DNA of 64,000 bases from Candidatus Nomurabacteria bacterium (GTDB taxonomy: Bacteria > Patescibacteriota > Minisyncoccia > Phycocordibacterales > UBA918): the NCBI GenBank assembly GCA_020632135.1, contig JACKGC010000001.1, positions 517,124-581,123 of the forward strand, in the 5' to 3' direction. The notes below the pieces were generated by a model that was not told the origin of the DNA, ran no database searches, and saw only the letters and a list, made by a program, of their open reading frames with translations. Position 1 is the stretch's first letter. Each line of letters opens with the position of its first letter. Positions 46,744 to 54,643 of the stretch are shown here, piece by piece. Position numbers and translations under genes: made by a program.

Positions 46744-46791
46744 AAAATACACGCAAAAATTTTTCGTACGAAAAATTTTTGCGTGTATTTT
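46744..46791. terminator. Perfect 48-bp palindrome (24-bp arms), probable bidirectional terminator
   Basis: aaaatacacgcaaaaatttttcgt | acgaaaaatttttgcgtgtatttt, 5 nt after the murB stop. Confidence 0.6.
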
Positions 46792-46945
46792 TTATCCCCA
46801 AAAATTTTTTCAAAAAAGAATTGTGTATCGTTTCATAACGCGCCATAATATATGTAAGCAAAAATCTTCTCAGGGGATGACAGTTCTTTGACAACGGGAA
46901 GGTGTTGCGGTCGAAACTTTATCCATGCTAAATCTCTCATCACAT

Positions 46946-47176
46946 ATGCCAGCAGCAAAAAAGAAGGTCGCTAAGAAGTCGACCCGAAAGGTTGCCAAGA
47001 AAGCTGTACGTAAGGTAGCAAAGAAGGTCGTCAAGAAGACTGCCAAGAAGGCTACCAAGAAGGCGGCAAAGAAGACCACTAAGAAGAAGCCAGCCAAGAA
47101 GGCTGCCAAGAAGAAGGTGGTAAAGAAGGCCGTAAAGAAGACAGCTCGCAAGACTACCAAGAAGCGAAAAAAGTAG
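46946..47176 (+). CDS. Histone H1-like Lys/Ala-rich basic protein
   Basis: MPAAKKKVAKKSTRKVAKKAVRKVAKKVVKKTAKKATKKAAKK..., 76 codons of AKK/VKK repeats. Start taken at ATG 46946. Confidence 0.6.
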   Translation: MPAAKKKVAKKSTRKVAKKAVRKVAKKVVKKTAKKATKKAAKKTTKKKPAKKAAKKKVVKKAVKKTARKTTKKRKK

Positions 47177-47284
47177 TTGGTGCGGAGGTGGTTAGACACC
47201 TTCGTGTAAAACTAGTTGCATAATCGCCCGCACGGGCGATTTTTGCTTTGTAATTGCCAAAAATACGTATATACTACGGCCATT

Positions 47285-49804
47285 ATGTCATTTTTGGATA
47301 GATTTTTCGGACCAAGTTACGAGAAGGAACTTAAGGCAATTCAGCCACTCGTTACTGATATTAATGCTCGTGAAGCAGCAATTACAGCGATGTCTGATGG
47401 GGGTCTACAAGAGCGAATTGCCGAATTAAAAACCCAGATCACTTCGAGTGAGTCGCTTGAAGATGTGCTACCTGAAGTGTTTGCGTTGGTGCGTGAAGCC
47501 TCTCGTCGCACGCTTGAATTACGACACTACGATGTGCAGCTCATTGGCGGGATCATCCTGCACCGTGGCAAGATCACCGAGATGCGTACCGGTGAAGGTA
47601 AGACGTTAGTGGCAACACTGCCTGCGACACTTAATGCGCTTATGGGGAGAGGGGTACATGTCGTAACGGTCAATGACTACCTGGCACGCCGTGATGCGGT
47701 GTGGATGGGGCAGGTGTATGCCAAGCTTGGTCTTTCGGTCGGTGTGATCAATCACGAAGCGTCATACCTATATGACCCCGGTCATCAGGAGAAAGACCAG
47801 GAACGAGACGAACATGGATCGTTTAAAGTGGTGTACGACTTCTTGCGTCCATGTACACGACAAGAAGCGTATGCTGCTGATATCACCTACGGTACCAACA
47901 GTGAGTTTGGTTTTGACTACCTGCGCGACAACATCGAGTACGAAGTAGACCGTTTGCGGCAGCCGCATCATGCATACGCGATTGTGGACGAGATCGACTC
48001 GATACTCATTGATGAAGCGCGCACCCCACTGATTATTTCTGCCCCCGCAGCCGATATAGAGAATCTCTACCCGACGTTTGCTGGTATTGCAGCGCAGCTG
48101 CGTCCAGAAGAACACTACACTATCGATGAAAAACTCAAGAGTGCTACCCTCACCGACGCTGGCATTGAAGCAGCTGAAAAGATGCTCGGTATCGAGAATA
48201 TTTACACTGAGAAGGGTATCAAGTACGTGCATCACCTTGAGACCGCCGTACGAGCCAAAGCGCTCTTTACGAAAGACAAGGAGTACGTGGTGCGCGATGG
48301 TGAAGTGGTGATCGTGGATGAATTTACTGGCAGGCTCCAGCCTGGGCGACGCTGGTCCGAAGGACTTCACCAAGCTGTTGAGGCGAAGGAAGGGGTGTCG
48401 ATTCAAAAGGAATCAAAGACCTTCGCGTCGATCACGTACCAGAATTACTTCCGTATGTACGAGAAGCTGTCAGGTATGACCGGTACAGCACTCACCTCGC
48501 AGGAGGAATTCTTCACCGTATACAACCTCGAGGTCATACCCGTGCCGACCAACCGCTCGGTTCAGCGTCTCGATCGACAGGATCTCATCTACCAAAATGA
48601 GAACGGTAAATTTGCTGCCATCATCGAAAAGGTGCGGGCTGTCCACGCAACTGGCCAACCGATCCTTATCGGTACCGCTTCTATTGAGTCAAATGAACGC
48701 CTCTCAGCTGCGCTCACAAAAGCGAAGATCACTCACGAAATGCTCAATGCGAAGAATCACGAGCGAGAAGGAGAGATCATCGCAGCTGCCGGCCGAAAGG
48801 GGGCGGTGACATTAGCTACTAACATGGCCGGGCGCGGTGTTGACATTAAGCTCGGTGGTCCCGATGCAACGCCGGAGCAGGCAGAGGAAATTCGCACACT
48901 CGGCGGGCTCTTTGTGCTCGGTACCGAACGACATGAAGCCCGTCGCATCGATAATCAGCTTCGTGGTCGTTCAGGTCGCCAAGGCGACCCCGGTGAGACA
49001 CAGTTCTTCGTGTCCATGGATGATGCGTTGATGCGTGTGTTCGGCGGCGATCGAGTGAAACGACTCATGGGTACCTTCAAGATCCCTGAAGATCAACCGA
49101 TCCAGATGAAGATGATCTCAAACACACTCGAGAGTGCACAGACCAAGATCGAAGGCTTTCATTTCGATGCCCGAAAGCAGGTGCTCGCATACGATGACGT
49201 GTTGAATGTGCAGCGCAAAGCCGTGTACGATCAGCGTCGAAAGTTACTAGCGGGCGATACTGCTGAAGTAGAACAGGTCCTCACGGAGTTGTATGCAGCC
49301 TTCCCTGACACCAAGGAGGTGATCGTGGCGAAAGAAAAAGAATTTGGAGAGACGCTATTCAAGGATGTGTTCCGACGGTTAGTGCTTCAAATGATCGATA
49401 TGCTCTGGGTTGAGCATCTTGAGGTGATGGGCTACACACGTTCGAGCGTGAGCTTGCGTGCGTACGGACAGCGCGATCCACTCATCGAGTATCGCAAGGA
49501 AGGAAACAGACTCTTTAAAGAAATGCAGGAAGTGCTGTATGTTCGTTTGGCTGAAACGCTCCCTCGAGTCCAACCGCAAGTAGTCGCTAAAGAAGAGGAG
49601 CAACGTAAGCAAGAAGCAGAGGCAGCTCAAGCTGCTGCCGGAGAAACAACTGAGACGAAGGCTCAGAAACGTGCGCCGGTGGTCAAGACAGAATCGTATG
49701 GTCGCAATGATCTCGTGACGGTCAGTAACGGTACAGAACGAAAAGAGATCAAATATAAAAAAGCTGAACCACTTTTGGATGAAGGCTGGTCGATCGTGAA
49801 GTGA
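47285..49804 (+). CDS. secA: Preprotein translocase ATPase SecA
   Basis: MSFLDRFFGPSYEKELK, MRTGEGKTLVATLP, DEIDSILIDEARTPLIIS, and TNMAGRGVDIKLGG. Start taken at 47285, 9 nt after TATACT. Confidence 0.95.
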   Translation: MSFLDRFFGPSYEKELKAIQPLVTDINAREAAITAMSDGGLQERIAELKTQITSSESLEDVLPEVFALVREASRRTLELRHYDVQLIGGIILHRGKITEMRTGEGKTLVATLPATLNALMGRGVHVVTVNDYLARRDAVWMGQVYAKLGLSVGVINHEASYLYDPGHQEKDQERDEHGSFKVVYDFLRPCTRQEAYAADITYGTNSEFGFDYLRDNIEYEVDRLRQPHHAYAIVDEIDSILIDEARTPLIISAPAADIENLYPTFAGIAAQLRPEEHYTIDEKLKSATLTDAGIEAAEKMLGIENIYTEKGIKYVHHLETAVRAKALFTKDKEYVVRDGEVVIVDEFTGRLQPGRRWSEGLHQAVEAKEGVSIQKESKTFASITYQNYFRMYEKLSGMTGTALTSQEEFFTVYNLEVIPVPTNRSVQRLDRQDLIYQNENGKFAAIIEKVRAVHATGQPILIGTASIESNERLSAALTKAKITHEMLNAKNHEREGEIIAAAGRKGAVTLATNMAGRGVDIKLGGPDATPEQAEEIRTLGGLFVLGTERHEARRIDNQLRGRSGRQGDPGETQFFVSMDDALMRVFGGDRVKRLMGTFKIPEDQPIQMKMISNTLESAQTKIEGFHFDARKQVLAYDDVLNVQRKAVYDQRRKLLAGDTAEVEQVLTELYAAFPDTKEVIVAKEKEFGETLFKDVFRRLVLQMIDMLWVEHLEVMGYTRSSVSLRAYGQRDPLIEYRKEGNRLFKEMQEVLYVRLAETLPRVQPQVVAKEEEQRKQEAEAAQAAAGETTETKAQKRAPVVKTESYGRNDLVTVSNGTERKEIKYKKAEPLLDEGWSIVK

Positions 49805-49821
49805 GTCAGGTGAACTAATGA

Positions 49822-49870
49822 GGTAATAGCAATGCAGGGCGGCCTTCGGCCGCCCTGCATTGCTATTACC
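49822..49870. terminator. Perfect 23-bp hairpin after secA
   Basis: ggtaatagcaatgcagggcggcc ttc ggccgccctgcattgctattacc. No U-tract follows. Confidence 0.55.
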
Positions 49871-49886
49871 ATACTTCATGTTTACA

Positions 49887-50276
49887 ATGTATGTCTCTAT
49901 GACTTTAATATTACGTTTACTTTTTAATACACTTGGCCTGCTTCTCATCGCTAATTTGGTCGATGGTATTAGCGTCGATGACTTTTACACGGCACTCATT
50001 ACCGCGATCATTCTCGGTGTACTCAATCTCATCATTCGCCCAATACTGCTCATCCTTACACTACCAATCACCATCCTCACCTTAGGTTTATTTGCGTTTG
50101 TGATCAACGCCGGCATCTTTTTCTTTGCTGCCTCATTCATTGATGGCTTTGATGTGGCTAACTTCTGGTACGCGCTCTTGGGCTCAGTTCTCATGAGTAT
50201 CTTTAGTACGATCGGTAATCGTTGGATAAATTCGAAAGGGCAAAAGACGGTAAAGTACCGAGAAATAAAGGATTAA
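49887..50276 (+). CDS. DUF360 / phage-holin-4-like four-TM membrane protein
   Basis: LGVLNLIIRPILLILTLPITILTLGLFAFVINA matches the DUF360 core. The start is ambiguous (in-frame ATGs at 49878, 49887, 49899). Confidence 0.65.
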   Translation: MYVSMTLILRLLFNTLGLLLIANLVDGISVDDFYTALITAIILGVLNLIIRPILLILTLPITILTLGLFAFVINAGIFFFAASFIDGFDVANFWYALLGSVLMSIFSTIGNRWINSKGQKTVKYREIKD

Positions 50277-50321
50277 TTGCATATTCTGACCGAGTAGGGT
50301 ACTGTTCTGTGATCACACAGT

Positions 50322-51299
50322 ATGTTTGTTGATGAGCTTACAATTTACGCAAAGGCAGGCGACGGTGGAGACGGCGTTGTTCGGTGGCGACATGAGAAGT
50401 TTAAGCCACTCGCTGGTCCAGCTGGAGGCAATGGTGGTAATGGCGGTGATGTGTACGTACGGGCCGTGAAAGATCTCAACCGTCTGTCTAAGTACACCGG
50501 TAACAACCACTTCTACGCCGAGAATGGCGAAGCGGGTACCAACCAAAGTAAGGCAGGCAGGAACGGCGAAGATCTGTACATCGATGTGCCAGTAGGATCA
50601 CGTATCACTGACACAGAACGTCATCGAACTTTTGAACTCACCACGGTGGGGGCAGTTGAACGTATTCTTAAAGGCGGTAGCGGTGGCCTGGGTAATGAAT
50701 ACTTCAAGTCATCGGTTAACCGAGCTCCTGAACAGGCAACCAAAGGTCGGGCCGGTGAGGCGGGAAACATTGCTGTTGAGGTGTCACTCATGGTCGACGT
50801 TGGGTTGGTCGGTTTTCCAAATGCTGGAAAGTCAACATTGCTCAACCAACTGACCAACGCAAAGTCTCGCATCGGTGCATACCCGTTCACTACCGTTGAG
50901 CCTCACCTCGGAGACCTATACGGTTTCGTGATCGCTGACATCCCTGGGCTCATCACAGGCGCAGCAGCAGGGAAGGGGCTTGGCCACAAATTCCTTCGAC
51001 ATATCTCTCGTACTAAAATGCTTCTTCACCTGGTTTCCCTCGATCACGAAGACCCTGTTTCTCAGTATTATACAATTCGTGAAGAGCTATCTCAGTACAG
51101 TAAAACACTTAACGATAAAGAAGAGTGGATTATTTTAACTAAAAAAGACCTTGTAGAAAAAGGCTTTACTGACACTGTAGCAGAAGAGCTTGCAAAAACT
51201 GAGAATCGTGTGCTTGTAATAGGTCAAGATGACCCAGAATCGTATAAGACACTACAGGATTCACTTGTCAGTCACTTGCGAGATACGTACAATACGTAG
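50322..51299 (+). CDS. obg: GTPase Obg/CgtA (short form)
   Basis: MFVDELTIYAKAGDGGDG, GGNGGNGGDVY, GFPNAGKSTLL, DIPGLI. Confidence 0.95.
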   Translation: MFVDELTIYAKAGDGGDGVVRWRHEKFKPLAGPAGGNGGNGGDVYVRAVKDLNRLSKYTGNNHFYAENGEAGTNQSKAGRNGEDLYIDVPVGSRITDTERHRTFELTTVGAVERILKGGSGGLGNEYFKSSVNRAPEQATKGRAGEAGNIAVEVSLMVDVGLVGFPNAGKSTLLNQLTNAKSRIGAYPFTTVEPHLGDLYGFVIADIPGLITGAAAGKGLGHKFLRHISRTKMLLHLVSLDHEDPVSQYYTIREELSQYSKTLNDKEEWIILTKKDLVEKGFTDTVAEELAKTENRVLVIGQDDPESYKTLQDSLVSHLRDTYNT

Positions 51300-51323
51300 C
51301 GCATTTATTGAATTAAACCTACA

Positions 51324-52748
51324 ATGATCATGTCGTACACCCCTACCATCGGCTTAGAGGTACATGCTGAGCTGAAAACAGAGAGTAAGATGTTCTGTGG
51401 TTGCAAGAATGATCCACACAGCAGTGAGGTAAACAGTAACATCTGTCCAGTTTGTCTTGCGCACCCAGGCACCCTACCAGTGCCAAATGAGCATGCGATA
51501 AAAAAAGTACTTTTGTTTGGTGAGGCAGTGGGGGCAACAGCCGCAACTTATTCGGAGTTTGATCGAAAAAATTACTTCTACCCGGACATCCCGAAGGCGT
51601 ATCAGATCAGTCAGTATGCCTTCCCGTTTCTCAGTGGGGGTGAGCTCGAAGGAATAGCGCTGACCCGCGTACACCTGGAAGAAGATACTGCACGTAATCA
51701 ACATGACAAAGGAACAGGTAGTCTAGTTGACTTCAATCGTTCGGGAGTACCACTAATGGAACTCGTGACCGAACCTGTTATTCACGATCAAGCGACCGCT
51801 GGTCAATTTGCTCGTGAGCTACAGCTGCTTCTTCGCACGTTTGGTATTTCAGATGCAAACATGGAACGTGGAGAGATGCGCGTTGAGGCCAATATATCTG
51901 TGAGCAAGGAAGAGGGTGTTCTGGGTACGAAGGTTGAGGTGAAGAATCTAAACTCCTTTAAATCGGTCGAGGCAGCGATTGCGTACGAGATCGCTCGACA
52001 GATCGAGTTGCTAGAGAGTGGGGGTGAGGTGGCTCAGGAAACACGAGGTTGGGATGAAAACCGCAGCAAGACTTTCTCGCAGCGATCAAAGGAAACAGCT
52101 AAGGATTACCGCTACTTCCCAGATCCGGATATACCGAAGATGGACATCAGCCTAATAGGCGACTTCAGTAAAGCTCGCCTAAACGAGATAATGCCTAAAT
52201 TACCGAGCAATAAAAGGACTGAGTATGAAAATCTCGGTTTAACGAGAGAGTCAATCGAGACAATGATCTCTCAACCCGAACTAGATAGCTTTTTTGCTGC
52301 AGTGCTTCTTGATGCGAATGCGAAGGATAATGCGGAAGTGCTTACATTGGCAGCTAATTACTTAACTTCGGATGTAGTGCCACTCTTAGCTGATCCTCAG
52401 TACTCTCTTGAGCAGCTCTCTGTAGCTCACTATATCGAGCTTATGACCATGTTATATGAGGGTAAGATTGGTTCTCGTGTGGCTAAGGATCTTCTGTCAA
52501 CGATGTTTGCCGCCACTAAGGGGCCTCTGACGCTAGCTGAAGAGCAGGGATTGCTTCAGGTATCAGACACATCCTCCCTCCAGGGATTTATAGATGAGGT
52601 TATTGCTGAGAATCCAACTGTAGTCGCAGACTACAAGGCTGGGAAGGAGGTTGCGTTGAAATTTTTGGTTGGCCAGGGGATGAAGAAGAGTAAGGGTGCG
52701 GCCAATCCAGCAGTGCTGAACGAGATGCTACAGCGTGCCTTAAAATAA
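51324..52748 (+). CDS. gatB: Aspartyl/glutamyl-tRNA amidotransferase subunit B
   Basis: TIGLEVHAELKTESKMFCGC, YFYPDIPKAYQISQ, and RYFPDPD. The start could be 51330. Confidence 0.95.
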   Translation: MIMSYTPTIGLEVHAELKTESKMFCGCKNDPHSSEVNSNICPVCLAHPGTLPVPNEHAIKKVLLFGEAVGATAATYSEFDRKNYFYPDIPKAYQISQYAFPFLSGGELEGIALTRVHLEEDTARNQHDKGTGSLVDFNRSGVPLMELVTEPVIHDQATAGQFARELQLLLRTFGISDANMERGEMRVEANISVSKEEGVLGTKVEVKNLNSFKSVEAAIAYEIARQIELLESGGEVAQETRGWDENRSKTFSQRSKETAKDYRYFPDPDIPKMDISLIGDFSKARLNEIMPKLPSNKRTEYENLGLTRESIETMISQPELDSFFAAVLLDANAKDNAEVLTLAANYLTSDVVPLLADPQYSLEQLSVAHYIELMTMLYEGKIGSRVAKDLLSTMFAATKGPLTLAEEQGLLQVSDTSSLQGFIDEVIAENPTVVADYKAGKEVALKFLVGQGMKKSKGAANPAVLNEMLQRALK

Positions 52749-52772
52749 ACGTATCTCGTCTACCCGTGCAGT

Positions 52773-52800
52773 AATACACCTCATCATGAGGTGTATTTTG
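52773..52800 (+). terminator. Rho-independent terminator after gatB
   Basis: aatacacctc atcat gaggtgtatt followed by a T-rich tract. Confidence 0.7.
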
Positions 52801-52826
52801 TTTTCATCTGGTAGAATAATTACATT

Positions 52827-53819
52827 ATGGAGACCGTGACATACGATGGTGTCGATTATGTAAAAGCCTCTGCGGCCGCAAAGGAGTTTCGGTATACCTC
52901 TGACTACATTGGCCAACTGTGCCGAACCGGGAAAGTAAATGCACGATTGGTTGGCAGGACATGGTTCGTTGATGTTGATTCACTCCAGACGCACCGTAAG
53001 AATCGACACATGAAGACAACTGGGAAGAGTCGCATTGATTACACTGAAGACCTCGGTGTGGGTAGTAAAATAAAGCCATCTCGTATCACGGTTGATTCGG
53101 TGCCCAATGCGAAGACGATCCATCAGGCGCTTCAGCCGCAGAAGCATCAAGCAGAGAGGCAGCGCATGCTGGCGGTTTCGTATGAACGTGATGAAGAGGC
53201 ACTACTACCTAGTCTCATCAAGAAGAAGTTGATGAAGCCGAAGGTCGTTCGTGTGGAGATCGCGGGAGCTAAAAAGGTACGTGTCGGTGGCCCAACCAGG
53301 CTGACCACATTCACTGCCACTGACGTCCCAGAAGTCGCGTTGTCTGGAGAGCTTAAGGTGACTACCTATCAGGCTCAGCCGGAAACTCCAAAAAAGATCG
53401 AACAGGATGATTTATCTGATAAACGAGATAACCCTAAAAATAAAAGTATTTTAAATAAAATCTCGGATAGTTCTGCTAAGCGTAAGTTAATGGATGGTGA
53501 TGGTAAGAGGTCTCAACAGACTGCCTTCGTTGAAACGCGTGTTGACGATGTGCGTGGGAATGCGTCAGTAACTCGTACTAGCGGTTCAGCTCTCGCTCAA
53601 CCCTCGCTTGACTTCACTCCTGTCACTACTTTGCGAGTGCCTCGGCTACAACGAGTGAATGTGTTTTTGCGGTTCTCTCCGGTGATCGCTACTGTGGTTG
53701 CGATTTTGTGTGTTGCAGCGATTTTCTCTGCGAGTGGCATGGCGGTTGTCACTGACTCTTCGTATCAGGCGAAGGTGGTCTTGCAGGTCGCGAATTTGCT
53801 CGAGATCTTACGTCAGTAA
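52827..53819 (+). CDS. Membrane-anchored protein with N-terminal excisionase/MerR-like HTH (paralog 1)
   Basis: N-terminus DGVDYVKASAAAKEFRYTSDYIGQLCRTGKVNARLVGRTWFVDVDSL. K/E-rich linker. C-terminal TM VIATVVAILCVAAIFSASGMAVV. TGgTAGAAT box 9 nt upstream. Confidence 0.6.
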   Translation: METVTYDGVDYVKASAAAKEFRYTSDYIGQLCRTGKVNARLVGRTWFVDVDSLQTHRKNRHMKTTGKSRIDYTEDLGVGSKIKPSRITVDSVPNAKTIHQALQPQKHQAERQRMLAVSYERDEEALLPSLIKKKLMKPKVVRVEIAGAKKVRVGGPTRLTTFTATDVPEVALSGELKVTTYQAQPETPKKIEQDDLSDKRDNPKNKSILNKISDSSAKRKLMDGDGKRSQQTAFVETRVDDVRGNASVTRTSGSALAQPSLDFTPVTTLRVPRLQRVNVFLRFSPVIATVVAILCVAAIFSASGMAVVTDSSYQAKVVLQVANLLEILRQ

Positions 53820-53870
53820 CTCGTCTATAATTCACAAGATCTTATACACAGTTTTTTCTGTGTTACTCAC

Positions 53871-53900
53871 CGATTTAACTTTATAATTAAAGTTAAATCG
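53871..53900. promoter_or_regulatory. Perfect 13-bp inverted repeat embracing a TATAAT box (candidate operator/promoter)
   Basis: cgatttaacttta (53871-53883), taat, taaagttaaatcg (53888-53900). TATAAT at 53882-53887. Ends 2 nt before ATG 53903. Confidence 0.5.
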
Positions 53901-53902
53901 AT

Positions 53903-54637
53903 ATGGAAGGCGCATTAAAAATTGACGGTAATCAGCTGTGTCCGATCAGGGTCGCAGCCGAGGAAACGAGTTATTCTCGTGACTACATTACACGCCTGGC
54001 TCGTGAGAAAAGAATCGTTGCTTCATATATTTGCAGAAAGTGGTTTGTAGATCTTGGGTCACTGAAAGCATATGCTGACTCCGCAGCGCTTGAGCAAGAG
54101 GTCAGGCGCAAACAGCTTCGAGAGGAGCGAAAACGTGAACGAGAAATGACTGAACAAGTCGCTCAGGAGCGTGCACGGGAACAGAAGAAGGCACGTACGA
54201 TACACGCTCGAGCCGTGGCCACAGCGTCATTCGTCTTGGCTTGTGGTCTGCTGGGCGGCTGGGGTTTCCAGCTCGTGCTCCCGCTGCAGTCGATGTCGAC
54301 CTGGCCGCTTGTGCCCAACTCAGAAAACCAGCACTCTTTGCTGCCTGCGCAAGCAGTGCACTCTACTCAGTTAGAAAGCGCTGCTTCTCAAACGCCGATG
54401 GTTCGACAGTGGTCAGGTGCGGCCAGTAGCAGTATGCATGAATTGGGTGATATCAACGAAGGTTTTCTGTTGTTGCCACAGGCAACGTCGACGGTGAATA
54501 TGCTTTTTTCTGATGCTGTCGTCGTGCAGGAGTTGGTTGATGGTACACGAGTGGTGGTACGGGTCGATGCCGCTGGTCGTCCGGTTGGTAATTCGGTGCC
54601 GTTTGTGGTGGTGCCAGTTTCATCTTCGCGTGAATAG
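53903..54637 (+). CDS. Membrane-anchored protein with N-terminal excisionase/MerR-like HTH (paralog 2)
   Basis: DGNQLCPIRVAAEETSYSRDYITRLAREKRIVASYICRKWFVDLGSLKAY aligns with paralog 1 (DG, AA.E, Y..DYI..L.R, WFVD..SL). Charged coiled-coil-like segment. TM ATASFVLACGLLGGWGFQLVL. Confidence 0.6.
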   Translation: MEGALKIDGNQLCPIRVAAEETSYSRDYITRLAREKRIVASYICRKWFVDLGSLKAYADSAALEQEVRRKQLREERKREREMTEQVAQERAREQKKARTIHARAVATASFVLACGLLGGWGFQLVLPLQSMSTWPLVPNSENQHSLLPAQAVHSTQLESAASQTPMVRQWSGAASSSMHELGDINEGFLLLPQATSTVNMLFSDAVVVQELVDGTRVVVRVDAAGRPVGNSVPFVVVPVSSSRE

Positions 54638-54643
54638 TTCTTT

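Noticed and set aside
46870-47199. 109-aa minus-strand ORF (F/A/L/V-rich) opposite the H1-like gene
   Set aside because: It is the mirror image of the AAG/GCC repeat tract. The plus-strand Lys/Ala protein is the biologically precedented reading.
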